Source of the DNA: Clostridia bacterium
GTDB lineage: Bacteria > Bacillota > Clostridia > Oscillospirales > CAG-272
Assembly (NCBI GenBank): GCA_017451545.1
Contig: JAFTOB010000160.1
Location: forward strand, 1 to 64,000
Direction: 5' to 3'
DNA length: 64,000 bases
The translations under genes were made by a program, and so were the position numbers. This document shows, piece by piece, positions 18,027 to 28,400 of the stretch. Each line of letters begins with the position of its first letter. Within the stretch, counting starts at the first letter, position 1. The notes below the pieces were generated by a model. It did not search any database. It was not told the DNA's origin and was given only the letters and a program-made list of their open reading frames with translations.

Positions 18027-18611
18027 TTAACTGTTGATGATAAGCTCGAGCTTTTCGTCCGAGTAGCGTTTGATTATGGCGGAGTAGTAGGCGACGATGA
18101 TGATCTCGAGGGCGTTTGTGAGCCGCCGTCTCGCGCCGCCGATCTTTTCCTCATAATCGGCCGTTACGGTCTTGATGCAATCGCGCAGGCTCGAGACCTC
18201 GTAGCTCTTTTCGTCGCTCATTACCGTGTCAAGTATGCGGCAGATGTAATCGTATAGCACCGAATCGCGGATGATATCGTCCGATCGGTCGTCCACGCTT
18301 CCGTTGATGTAGCGGATCAGAAACGCGATCTTCTCCAAGTGCATACATCCGCGCAGCATATTAATGATAAGTATGTGCGCCACCTGATCGATATTGTACT
18401 TTTTGAGCTTTGAGTTTTCGACCCAGCCGCGTTTTGTCCAGTTTTGCAGGGTCGAGCCGTCGATTCCCGAGATCTCTCGGATCTGCGAGAGCATTACTCC
18501 GTCCGAAATATAAAATATTTTGGACAGGAATTCCAGACCCGTTGCGTTTCCCATATCGGCTCTTTTAAGTATTGTTCCCGGTATGTATTCTTCCCGAATC
18601 TGAAGGTTCAT
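18027..18611 (-). CDS. DUF1836-like protein with an N-terminal MerR-type HTH
   Basis: AGGAGAGG sits 7 nt upstream of the ATG at 18611. HTH segment SQIREISGIDGSTLQNWTKRGWV. Confidence 0.5.
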   Translation of the reverse strand: MNLQIREEYIPGTILKRADMGNATGLEFLSKIFYISDGVMLSQIREISGIDGSTLQNWTKRGWVENSKLKKYNIDQVAHILIINMLRGCMHLEKIAFLIRYINGSVDDRSDDIIRDSVLYDYICRILDTVMSDEKSYEVSSLRDCIKTVTADYEEKIGGARRRLTNALEIIIVAYYSAIIKRYSDEKLELIINS

Positions 18612-18772
18612 ATAATCACCTCTCCTTTCTATCTTGTCACACATATTATATCACACAGTCACTTGACCGTCAAGAGCAATTCGAAGATTTTGTATACATA
18701 CACAATTTTGATTTACAGTTTTGTATATACTGCACAATTCTCAGCCGTGCAAGCGGAGCATAAGATTAAACT

Positions 18773-19357
18773 ATGAAAGTAAAAATCAAATTTGCCCTGC
18801 TGTTGCCGCTTTTTGCGGCCTGTCTGTTTCTGTCGGGGCAACAGGTCTACACCCTCCTTGCCCTCTCGGCCGCCGCGATCCATGAGCTGGGCCATATTTT
18901 TGCGGCGCGGCTTCTCAAAATAAGGCTTGAGCTTTTCTCGCTGGATCTTTTGGGCGCGAGGCTGACCACCTCGGGGCGGCTTTGCTCCTACCGTGACGAG
19001 GCTCTTCTCTGCGCGGCGGGGCCTGCTACCAACGCCCTGACGGGGGCGGCGGCGTTAGTCGTTCTTCCCCACGTCGGAGCTTTGCGCGAGTATCTTCTGT
19101 TTTTCGCCGCCGCTTCGATTTCCCTCGGTGCGCTGAATCTTCTGCCCATACGCTCCTTCGACGGCGGGCGAATACTCCATTGCCTGCTCTGCCGCGCCAT
19201 CTCGCCGAGCCTTGCCGAGCCCATAATCACTTTTCTTTCATTTATATGTTGTTTTTCGCTTTGGTGCTTTTCGGTTTATCTTATGCTCCGCGCGGGGGCT
19301 TCCCTTTCGCTCTTTATCTTCTCCGTCTCGCTTTTTGCCCGACTTTTCTTGGCTTGA
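18773..19357 (+). CDS. M50-family site-2 metalloprotease (SpoIVFB-like)
   Basis: HELGH zinc motif within a TM helix and an LDG-type motif (FDGGRIL). Confidence 0.6.
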   Translation: MKVKIKFALLLPLFAACLFLSGQQVYTLLALSAAAIHELGHIFAARLLKIRLELFSLDLLGARLTTSGRLCSYRDEALLCAAGPATNALTGAAALVVLPHVGALREYLLFFAAASISLGALNLLPIRSFDGGRILHCLLCRAISPSLAEPIITFLSFICCFSLWCFSVYLMLRAGASLSLFIFSVSLFARLFLA

Positions 19358-19474
19358 GAAAACGGAAGATTTTGGGAGAAAAGCCGAGATTTTCGGAGTT
19401 TTTCGGCGATTTATTCAAAATAAGCAAGAATATTTGTGATTTATCGAGAATTTTCGCATTTTTTTGTAAAATCT

Positions 19475-19503
19475 ATTGCAATTTTGCTCAATATCTGTTA
19501 CAA
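19475..19503 (+). promoter_or_regulatory. Sigma-A promoter for potABCD
   Basis: TTGCAA-17 nt-TACAAT. A hairpin lies in the leader at 19546-19562. Confidence 0.45.
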
Positions 19504-19602
19504 TATGCGTTGGAATTGTAGGCAGATATTTTCTGCCGAAAAAGCAAGGATGCTCCTTGCCATTCCCCAAATATTTTTTTACTCAAGGAGTATTTATGCG
19601 GA

Positions 19603-20748
19603 ATGGAAAAGAAGAAGCTCATCGAACTGAAGAGTGTTACTAAGTCGTTTGACGGTGAGGCGGTGCTCCGCTCCATCGATCTCGACATCCACGACAGCGA
19701 ATTTGTCACCCTGCTCGGTCCCTCGGGATGCGGCAAAACTACAACTCTCCGTATTATCGGCGGTTTTGAAAGCCCCGATTCCGGAGACGTTTTCTTTGGC
19801 GGCGAAAGGATCAACGATATCCCGCCCCACAAGCGCCACGTTAACACCGTGTTCCAGCGCTATGCCCTCTTCCCCCATCTCAACGTTTTTGAGAATATCG
19901 CCTTCGGCCTTCGCGTGAAAAAGCCCGATTGCCCCAAGCCCTCAAAAGAGGAGATCGTGGAAAGAGTCACCGAAATGCTTACTCTCGTCAACCTCCGGGG
20001 CTTTGAGAGGCGCAACATCTCCACCCTTTCGGGCGGTCAGCAGCAGCGTGTTGCCATTGCGCGCGCTCTCATCAATAAGCCGAAGGTCCTTCTTCTGGAC
20101 GAGCCCCTCGGTGCTCTTGACCTTAAGCTCCGTAAGGATATGCAGCGCGAGCTGAAGTCCATCCAGAAACGCACGGGTATCACCTTTATTTACGTTACCC
20201 ACGATCAGGAGGAGGCGCTCACCATGTCCGACGTTGTGGTGGTCATGGCTGACGGTAAGATCCAGCAGATCGGCACTCCCGTTGACATTTATAACGAGCC
20301 CGAAAACGCTTTCGTGGCCGACTTCATCGGTGAAAGTAATATTATTGACGGAGTTATGGAGAAGGACTACACCGTCCGCTTCTCCGGCCACACCTTCAAC
20401 TGCCTCGATGCGGGATTTGATCCCCGCGAGCCCGTTGACGTTGTTATCCGTCCCGAGGACGTCGATATCGTTCCCTTGGAGCGCGCTATGCTGACCGGAA
20501 AGGTCACCTCCATCACCTTCAAGGGCGACTATTACGAGATCATTACTGACGTTTACGGCTTCAAATGGATGATCGAGACCTCCGACGCCGTCGAGGACGG
20601 CGCAACCGTCGGTCTTCACATTGAGCCCGACGCCATTCACGTTATGAAAAAATCCGAGTATTCGGGAAGATACGGCGATTACTCCACATACAGCGAAGAG
20701 GCCGAGCACCTCTCCGACGTGGAGGAAGAGGAGGTCACGGCGGAATGA
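19603..20748 (+). CDS. potA: Spermidine/putrescine ABC transporter ATP-binding protein
   Basis: Walker [10 protein letters not shown], signature [10 protein letters not shown], Walker B LLLDEP, and a C-terminal TOBE domain. Confidence 0.9.
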   Translation: MEKKKLIELKSVTKSFDGEAVLRSIDLDIHDSEFVTLLGPSGCGKTTTLRIIGGFESPDSGDVFFGGERINDIPPHKRHVNTVFQRYALFPHLNVFENIAFGLRVKKPDCPKPSKEEIVERVTEMLTLVNLRGFERRNISTLSGGQQQRVAIARALINKPKVLLLDEPLGALDLKLRKDMQRELKSIQKRTGITFIYVTHDQEEALTMSDVVVVMADGKIQQIGTPVDIYNEPENAFVADFIGESNIIDGVMEKDYTVRFSGHTFNCLDAGFDPREPVDVVIRPEDVDIVPLERAMLTGKVTSITFKGDYYEIITDVYGFKWMIETSDAVEDGATVGLHIEPDAIHVMKKSEYSGRYGDYSTYSEEAEHLSDVEEEEVTAE

Positions 20749-21566
20749 AGGGCAGGTCTGTTTTTCAGCGCATGGCCGCCGCGCCCCATATCGTATGGGC
20801 TGTTATGTTCATCGTCGCTCCCATGCTCTTTGTCATTTATTTCGCGTTTACCGATGAAAAGGGCGTTTTTTCCTGGTCTAATTTCGCATCTCTCGCGCAG
20901 TATTCAAACGTATTTATCCTCTCTATCGCCTTTGCGCTTATCGCAACGGTGATCTGCCTGCTCATCGGCTACCCGCTGGCCTACTTTATGTCAAAGGCCA
21001 AGCCAAAGACTCAGAAGGTCCTTCTGGTCCTGCTCATGCTCCCTATGTGGTGCAATCTGCTGATAAGAACCTATGCGCTGATGGCTCTGCTCGACAACGG
21101 CGGTCTGCTCAACTCCCTGCTTGAATCGCTGGGACTTGGCAAGCTCCACATCGTCGGCACAAATTTCGGCGTTATCCTCGGTATGGTCTACGACTTTTTG
21201 CCCTATATGGTCCTGCCCATCTTCACCACTATGACAAAGCTCGACCGCCGTTATATCGAAGCGTCTGCCGATCTCGGCTGCAACAGCTTCCAGACTATGA
21301 CCAAGGTGGTCTTCCCTCTCACCGTTTCGGGCATCATTTCTGGCATCACGATGGTCTTTGTGCCCTCCATCAGCACCTTCTACATTTCGCAGAAGCTGGG
21401 CGCGGGCAAGATCGATCTTGTGGGTGATACCATCGAGCGACTCTTCCAGAACCCCAGCACCTACAACGTGGGCGCCGCCATATCCCTCATTATGATGATC
21501 CTCATCATCGTTTCGGTGGGAATTATGAACAGGTTCTCGGACAATGACGGAGGTATCATCGTATGA
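20745..21566 (+). CDS. potB: Spermidine/putrescine ABC transporter permease
   Basis: Six-TM permease with an EAA-like loop. ATGA overlap with potA. Confidence 0.85.
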   Translation: MKGRSVFQRMAAAPHIVWAVMFIVAPMLFVIYFAFTDEKGVFSWSNFASLAQYSNVFILSIAFALIATVICLLIGYPLAYFMSKAKPKTQKVLLVLLMLPMWCNLLIRTYALMALLDNGGLLNSLLESLGLGKLHIVGTNFGVILGMVYDFLPYMVLPIFTTMTKLDRRYIEASADLGCNSFQTMTKVVFPLTVSGIISGITMVFVPSISTFYISQKLGAGKIDLVGDTIERLFQNPSTYNVGAAISLIMMILIIVSVGIMNRFSDNDGGIIV

Positions 21567-22366
21567 AGATCCTCTCAAAGTCCTACATATTTATCATTTT
21601 TGCCCTCCTCTATGCTCCCATCGTTCTGCTGATCGTCTTCTCCTTCAACGAGGCGGGAAGCCTGAACGAATTCACCGGCTTTTCGGGTGTGTGGTATAAG
21701 GAGCTTTTCAATGACGAGGAGGCCTTCAACGCCCTTAAAAACTCGCTCATTCTTGCGGTATCGTCATCATTGATCGCCACAGTTATCGGCACCTTCGGTG
21801 CCCTCGGCCTGCATCATATGCGCAAAAAGTACATCAAGGGTGCGGTCAATTCTGTGACCAATATCCCCATGATGAACCCCGATATCGTAACCGGCGTTTC
21901 CATGATGCTTCTCTTTGTTGCCGTGGCGGGCTTTTTGCACACGCAGTCCTTCCTCGGCTTCTGGACCATGCTCGTGGCGCACGTTACCTTCAACCTGCCC
22001 TACGTTCTGCTTTCGGTAATGCCCCGCTTCAATCAGCTTGACCGTTCTCTCTCCGAGGCAGCGCTTGATCTGGGCTGCACGCCCTCTCAGGCCTTCTTCA
22101 AGGTCGAGCTTCCGCAGATCGTTCCCGGCATCGTTTCGGGTCTTATGCTGGGCTTCACAATGTCGCTTGACGATTTCGTCATCAGCCACTTTGTCAGCTC
22201 CCCCGATTTTCAGACCCTTCCCCTTTACGTTTACAACCAAACGGCTCACAACGTAAAATTCAGTATGTACGCGCTCTGCGCGCTCATCGTCGCAATAATT
22301 CTCGCGGTTCTGCTCATTGTCAATTTTGCGGGCAGTCCCAAGAAGAAGGGAGCGGCAAAAAGATGA
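21563..22366 (+). CDS. potC: Spermidine/putrescine ABC transporter permease
   Basis: Permease with an EAA motif (SEAALDLGCTPSQAF). ATGA overlap. Confidence 0.85.
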   Translation: MKILSKSYIFIIFALLYAPIVLLIVFSFNEAGSLNEFTGFSGVWYKELFNDEEAFNALKNSLILAVSSSLIATVIGTFGALGLHHMRKKYIKGAVNSVTNIPMMNPDIVTGVSMMLLFVAVAGFLHTQSFLGFWTMLVAHVTFNLPYVLLSVMPRFNQLDRSLSEAALDLGCTPSQAFFKVELPQIVPGIVSGLMLGFTMSLDDFVISHFVSSPDFQTLPLYVYNQTAHNVKFSMYALCALIVAIILAVLLIVNFAGSPKKKGAAKR

Positions 22367-23625
22367 AGAAAACACGTTTTTTGAGCCTCTCTCTGGCTAT
22401 TTTGCTCGTTTCCCTGCTCGTCCTTCCCTGCCTTTCCTCCTGTGCCGAGGGCGAAGAGGACGGCGGTGTTACCACCCTTTACGTTTACAACTGGGGTGAG
22501 TACATCTCCGACGGCTCCGAGGGTACGGTAGACGTAAACGAAATGTTCGAGCAGTGGTACTACGACACCTACGGCAAGCGCGTGGTTGTCAACTATTCCA
22601 CCTACTCAAGCAACGAGAGTATGTATGCCAAAATCTCTTCGGGCGCGGCAAATTATGACGTTATCGTCCCCTCCGACTATATGATCGATAGACTGATCGA
22701 CGAAAAGCTCCTCGCCCCGCTGAACTATGACAACATACCGAACGCCAAGTACATCGTTCCCGAGTTTCAGAACTCCGACTACGATCCCGACCTCGATCAC
22801 GACGGCTACAACGATTATTCTGTTCCCTATATGTACGGAATGATCGGTATTATCTACAACACCGAAATGGTTGACGAGGAGGATATCGGCTCTTGGGAGC
22901 TTATGTGGAACGAAAAGTACAAGGGCAACATTCTGCAGTTCAACAATTCCCGCGACGCCTTCGGAACCGCACAGTATTACCTCGGCAACGACGTAAACTC
23001 CGATGACGAGGCCGAATGGCGCGAGGCACTTGACCTTCTCAAGCAGCAAAAGCCCATCCTTCAGGGCTACGTTATGGACGAAATATACAATAAGATGGAA
23101 AACGGCTCGGCCGCCATTGCCGCCTACTATGCCGGAGACTTTCTTGCTATGTATGAGAATAACGACAGCCTTGAGTTCTTCTACCCCAAGGAGGGCACCA
23201 ACATATACGTTGACGCTATGTGCGTTCCCGCGTCCAGCCAAAATAAGGAGCTGGCCGAGATCTACATCAACTTTATGCTTGGCGTGGACGAGGAATACGG
23301 TGCGCCCGCTATTGCTAACGCCGAATATACTTATTATGCCTCACCCAATGTGCTGGTTTGCAACGACGAGGGATATATTGAGTATATGAACGAGATAAAG
23401 GAAGGCGGATATGACCTGATGTACGGCACGGACGGCATCGAGACCTCCTCTTACAAGAATCTTACGGGCGACAAGCTCCTGCTTCTCAACCAGCTTTGGG
23501 AGGAGCTGAAGTCCGACGTTACGGTCAGCGGCGCTATCTATATTATCTGCGGAATTATCGTGGTCGTGGTGGGCGGAGCCTTGATCTTCCTCGCCGCGCG
23601 AAAACGTTACAGAAACAATTATTAA
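22363..23625 (+). CDS. potD: Polyamine-binding lipoprotein PotD with an extra C-terminal TM helix
   Basis: Lipobox LSSC and a PotD-like fold. Unusual hydrophobic C-terminus (AIYIICGIIVVVVGGALIFLAARKRYR). Confidence 0.8.
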   Translation: MKKTRFLSLSLAILLVSLLVLPCLSSCAEGEEDGGVTTLYVYNWGEYISDGSEGTVDVNEMFEQWYYDTYGKRVVVNYSTYSSNESMYAKISSGAANYDVIVPSDYMIDRLIDEKLLAPLNYDNIPNAKYIVPEFQNSDYDPDLDHDGYNDYSVPYMYGMIGIIYNTEMVDEEDIGSWELMWNEKYKGNILQFNNSRDAFGTAQYYLGNDVNSDDEAEWREALDLLKQQKPILQGYVMDEIYNKMENGSAAIAAYYAGDFLAMYENNDSLEFFYPKEGTNIYVDAMCVPASSQNKELAEIYINFMLGVDEEYGAPAIANAEYTYYASPNVLVCNDEGYIEYMNEIKEGGYDLMYGTDGIETSSYKNLTGDKLLLLNQLWEELKSDVTVSGAIYIICGIIVVVVGGALIFLAARKRYRNNY

Positions 23626-23629
23626 GACA

Positions 23630-23668
23630 TTATCCCCACGGATTTTCCGTGGGGATAATTTATATTTG
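23630..23668 (+). terminator. Rho-independent terminator after potD
   Basis: tccccacgga-ttttc-cgtgggga followed by an AT-rich run. Confidence 0.5.
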
Positions 23669-23676
23669 TCGAAAAT

Positions 23677-23705
23677 TTGACAAGCGCGGAGTTTTATGCT
23701 ATAAT
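23677..23705 (+). promoter_or_regulatory. Consensus sigma-A promoter for DUF47-pit
   Basis: TTGACA-17 nt-TATAAT. AAGGAGGA RBS before the ATG at 23735. Confidence 0.55.
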
Positions 23706-23734
23706 GAAAATATAATATTCAAGGAGGAATTTCA

Positions 23735-24382
23735 ATGTTCAAGAAAAACAGGACCCGTGCCCTGATCATGGATCAGATCAAGGACGTCGAAAACACTCTT
23801 GTGGCGTTCAAAAGCTTTTTGAAGGCCGCGACAGTTCCCGAAACAAGCATCGAGACTCTGAAGGCTCTGCTGAAGGGCGTAAATGACGGAGAGGACGCCG
23901 CAGACGCTTCCCTTCGCGCTATGATCGACTCGCTCAACGGCGGCGCATACCTGCCCTCGACCCGTGAAAATATTATTTCCATTGCCACAAGCTGCGATAA
24001 GATCGCCAACAAGTGCGAATCCGTGGCAACTATGATCGTTCTCTACCGCTTCACCTTCCCCCGCGAGTTTGCTGAGGATATAGACAAGATCTACGATGTG
24101 ACCGCCGAGCAGTTCGCTCTGCTTCAGGAGGCCATCGATATGCTCTTCTCTAGGATGAACGAGCTGCAGAAGGATACTACCGTCCTCGACAAGATCCGCT
24201 CTCTGGAATCGGTGATCGACAAGATCGAGCTCAAGCTGGGAGACACGGTCTTCGGCTCGGATGCAGAGCTGGCGGCGAAAATGCAGACCTTCGGGCTTAT
24301 CGAGCGCATCTGTGACATCTCGGACATTATTGAGGACATCGCGGACAAGATCCAGATCATTCTGATCGCGAGAAAGGCCTGA
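23735..24382 (+). CDS. DUF47-family protein (PhoU-like regulator associated with Pit transporters)
   Basis: Conserved pairing with a downstream Pit gene. All-helical acidic protein. Confidence 0.75.
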   Translation: MFKKNRTRALIMDQIKDVENTLVAFKSFLKAATVPETSIETLKALLKGVNDGEDAADASLRAMIDSLNGGAYLPSTRENIISIATSCDKIANKCESVATMIVLYRFTFPREFAEDIDKIYDVTAEQFALLQEAIDMLFSRMNELQKDTTVLDKIRSLESVIDKIELKLGDTVFGSDAELAAKMQTFGLIERICDISDIIEDIADKIQIILIARKA

Positions 24383-24385
24383 CAA

Positions 24386-25450
24386 ATGCCTTGGATATAT
24401 TTATTGCTTTCGGCCGGCCTGTTTATGGGCTGGTCCCTCGGAACCAACGATGCGGCTAACGCATTCGGCACCGCGGTGGCCACGCGAGTGGTCAAGTACA
24501 GAACGGCGATCATTATAATTGCCGTGATGATTCTGCTCGGCGCCGTGCTTTTCGGCCACGAGAGCATCGCGAAGCTTACAAGCATCGCCACAAACAACGG
24601 CGTGCTTGCCACCGAGGAGACGGTTGAAGCGGCCAAGGCCGCAGGTGAGCTTGAGGCTCTGAGGCTCAAATCCGCCCTCAAGGCATTTATTATTTTCGCC
24701 TGCGCGGGTCTGACCGTTTTCATTATGAGCTATCTCAAGTTCCCCGTTTCGGCCAACCAATCGGTCATAGGTGCCATTATCGGCTGGGGTATCTGCTACG
24801 CCGATTACTCGGATGCCGAGATCCTTCAGACCAACCTGGGCGAGATCGCCGAATTTGCCTCCACATGGCTCATAAACCCACTTGTGGCGGCGGTCATATC
24901 CTTTGTTTTAGTATTTCTGATCAAGAAATTCATTGAGCGTCATCTGACCTCAATGCGAAGCTACGATATCATCGTCAAGGTCGGCTACATAGCCGCGGGC
25001 GCCTTCTCGGCCTTCAGTATCGGACAGAACAGCTCGGCCAGCGTTACCGCATTTTACTACGATGCAGGCGGTGCGAATCTTTTGTCAAACGCAAGACTGA
25101 CCGCCATTATCGGCGGCGTGGCCATCGTTATCGGCGTTCTCACCTTTTCAAAGCGTGTTATGATGACGGTCGGCAGCTCCATTGCCGAGATCAGTCAGGT
25201 CGACGGCTTCGTGGTAATTCTGGCCAGCGCGCTGACCGTTCTGCTTATGAACAAGTGGTGGGGGCTTCCCGTTTCCACCTCCCAATCGGTGGTGGGCGCC
25301 GTTATCGGTGCCGGACTCGTCAGCGGAGTTAAGAAGGTCAACTTCGGCGTTCTGCGAAACATTGCCATCGCTTGGGTCAGCTCGCCCACGGTGGCGGGAT
25401 TGCTTGCCTTCCTCGTTGCTATTGCGACCAAAGGATATTTTGGTGCTTAA
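24386..25450 (+). CDS. pit: Inorganic phosphate transporter, PiT family
   Basis: GTNDAANAFGTAVATR signature, which is duplicated in the C-terminal half. Confidence 0.85.
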   Translation: MPWIYLLLSAGLFMGWSLGTNDAANAFGTAVATRVVKYRTAIIIIAVMILLGAVLFGHESIAKLTSIATNNGVLATEETVEAAKAAGELEALRLKSALKAFIIFACAGLTVFIMSYLKFPVSANQSVIGAIIGWGICYADYSDAEILQTNLGEIAEFASTWLINPLVAAVISFVLVFLIKKFIERHLTSMRSYDIIVKVGYIAAGAFSAFSIGQNSSASVTAFYYDAGGANLLSNARLTAIIGGVAIVIGVLTFSKRVMMTVGSSIAEISQVDGFVVILASALTVLLMNKWWGLPVSTSQSVVGAVIGAGLVSGVKKVNFGVLRNIAIAWVSSPTVAGLLAFLVAIATKGYFGA

Positions 25451-25461
25451 TAAAAAATTAC

Positions 25462-25495
25462 AGACCGCCCATCGGGCGGTCCGCTTTTTATTTAT
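25462..25495. terminator. Bidirectional terminator between pit and the convergent giant gene
   Basis: gaccgcccatcgggcggtc followed by TTTTT, with an A-run on the other side. Confidence 0.6.
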
Positions 25496-28400
25496 TTACG
25501 ACCTCTTTCGGGTGAACCTTCAACCACTATGGTCTGTCCGCCCGTGAGGACTATCATCTTGACCGCCGCCGCGCTGAAGCTCTGGGCTACAACGGTGAGG
25601 GGCTTGTCAAGGCTTCCGCGAGCGAGGATCTTGACGAATCCCGCGCTCTTGGCAATGAGCTTCTTTTCCTTGAGGGTGTTGAGCGTTACGATCTCTCCTG
25701 CCTCAAAATGACGGCCGATGGTATCGATATTGATCTCGGCGCGCTTCTTTCCGGTGTAGATCTCGCCGGTCTCAACGTCGGTCTGCTCGCAAAGTGCGGC
25801 CTCCTCGTCGGTCATCAGCTCCTCGGCCTCCTCGACGGTGACCGATTCCTTGACCTCGGGCAGGACGATGGGCGATACCCATTCAGTTACCTTTGTGGCA
25901 GGCTCAAGCCTTGCGCGCGGTGCTCTGCCCTCAAGCTGATCGGGCTGCTTTACCGCTACGAGAACGGGTGCGGGAGCGGGCTCCTCGACGGGTTCGGGAA
26001 CAGATTCTGGTTCGGGCTCGGTGATTATCTCGGGATCGAAGACCTCAAGATCGTCGTGGACTTCCTCGACTGCAGGCTCAGGCTCGACCTCTTCAAGTCT
26101 TGCGCGCTTTCTGTTGCGCTCGATCTTGAGGATAAGCCTTACTATCAACACGGCCATAAAGAGATCCGCCAGTGCAAGCACGATGAGAAGTATGCACGCC
26201 GCGATGGGAGAAATAACGGGCGGAGCGACGGCCGCAAGCGCCGTGACGGGCACGAAGGAGTAGGCGTGAGCCTTGGCCTTGCGGCCCACCTTGCTCAGAA
26301 CGAGCAGAGCGGCTCCCTCTGCCACGGCCAGCGCGGAAAGCGCGATGATGGCGGGCATAAGTGTGTTGACGCAGGCATTGTCTTCGGCGTTCTGAGCGTT
26401 CTCGCGGTGATCGCTCAGCTTTTTCGCGCCGTCACCGTGCGCGTCCGAAACGGCATCGATGCTTTCTGCCGCATCGATCTCGGCAAGGGCCGCGTCAAGC
26501 ATTGCTTGGTTATCGGCCTTCAGCTGTATCTGATCTTCAGCCTTGAGGAAGGCGAAGTCATCCACCAGCTTATCGGTCTTATTCTTCTCGGCCTTCAGCT
26601 TTCCTGTCGCAGATTCCTTTGCGGCGGCCAGGTTGTCGGCTTTTCCTTTTGTGAGCACAGCGTCAAGCGCGCCGTAGGCATCTGCCTTGGCGGCTCTTAT
26701 ATCCTCCATGCTTTCAGCCTTTGCAAGCTCGCCGATAAAGTCCTCGATAGCATCGGTAGCCTCCTTTTTCAGGAGCTCCTTTTCTGCCGACGTGAGGTAA
26801 TCGAGATTGCTTATCTCGTCCTCTACGTCATCGTATTTGTTACGAAGCTCGGCCTCGGCCTCGGCGGCTTGGGAGTGCTTGGCGATGGCGTTTCTGTCGT
26901 CTGCCTCCTTGCTTACGGTGTCAAGAGCAGTAAGGGCGGCATCCTTGGATTTATTTACGGTATCGGTACTGTCTGCGGCATCAACTGCGCTCTTTGCGTC
27001 TTCAAAGGCACGGTCGGCGCTGTTCTTGAGGTCGGCCTTTTCTTCCTTCGTCAGGTAGGCAAGACCGTCGATCTTTTCCTTGAGCTCGTTCTTTTCAGTC
27101 TCAAGCTCGGACACGGCGGCATCCTTCTGCGCCTTCTCGGCATCGGAATCCTGCTTGTCCGAGTTTGTCTCAAGCTCGGTTACGGCCGCTTCAAAGTCTG
27201 AAATTGCCTTCTCGAGCTCGTCGTAGGTCTCGGCATCGGCGACCGCTTTTTTCGCGTCCTCAAGCAGGCCGTCGGCATCGGACTTCAGTCCGTCCTTGGC
27301 CGTGGCATCGAGAAAGCCCAAAGACTCTACCTTTGCCTTCAGGTTATCCACCTTTTCGGTAGCATCGTTGACGTCAAATATTTTTGCAAGTGCGAAGACC
27401 GCATCGTCGGCCGCCTTATCTATCTCATCCGCATCGGTGAGGCCTGCGATCTTTTCCTTTGCATCGGCGACGGTCTTGTCGGCCTCGGCCCTTGCGCTTT
27501 CGCTCAGATCGTCGCGCTCGGAGGCCTTGGCATCGACCTCGGCGCAGGCGCGGGCGCGGTTGAGCTCAACCGTGGCATCGTCTGCCGCCTTGGTAATATT
27601 GGTTTCGTCGGAGGCCTTGACTATACCGTCGGACGCGCTGTCGGCAATGCCTTCAAGCTTTGTCTTATCGGCATCGGCAAAGGACTCGTAGCCATCCTCG
27701 GCTGTGATCTCGTCGTATCTGTCGAGAACACGGTCGACCTCCTCGGCCTTGTCTTCGATCCTATCGGCATCGGTCACAACGTCTGCAAGCTTATTGCAGT
27801 CATCTTCGGCATCAAGGGCATTCACCTGCGCGGTGAGCTCACCGAGATATTTCTCGCGAAGGGGCGTTGTATTGCCTACGATACCGCCGATCTTATCCGC
27901 GGTTATCTTCTTGTATTTTTCGGCCAGATCGTCGGGCACGCGCTCCTCGTTGAGAGCGGTCTTTGCCTCGTCGCTGAGGCCCGTGATTCCCTGCACCGCC
28001 GCAAGAATAGCCTCGCGGTCGTCCTCGGTAACTCCTGAGGGGGTCTTTTCGAGGATCTCGGCGTGGTCGGTAAGATAATCCTCTACCTCAGCCTCGACCT
28101 CAAGCTCGTAAAGCTTTTCACAGCCCTTATCATATGCCTCGGTGCAGCTATCGGCCGCGCCGTCGGTTGCCCTGTCTATCTTTTTGACGTTGTAGTCGGC
28201 CAACTCGTACTCGTCAAGCGCATCGTCCTTGAGCGTGCTGTCACCGACGTAGCCGTCGATGGCACTGACGGTATCGAGATATTTCTTGTAAAGATCGGCG
28301 CGCAGAGCGGCGCGGGCGATCTCGAAGTCAAGCTCATCCTGAGTGTTACAGCCGTCGATAATACCGCTGTCGGCGTTATATTCCCGCTCGAGGGCGATCA

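Noticed and set aside
19594-19641. 15-codon uORF ([15 protein letters not shown]) with the best RBS (AAGGAG 7 nt upstream), overlapping the potA start
   Set aside because: It could be a leader peptide or simply reflect potA initiating at 19603 with a weaker RBS. There is no conservation evidence. Left unannotated.
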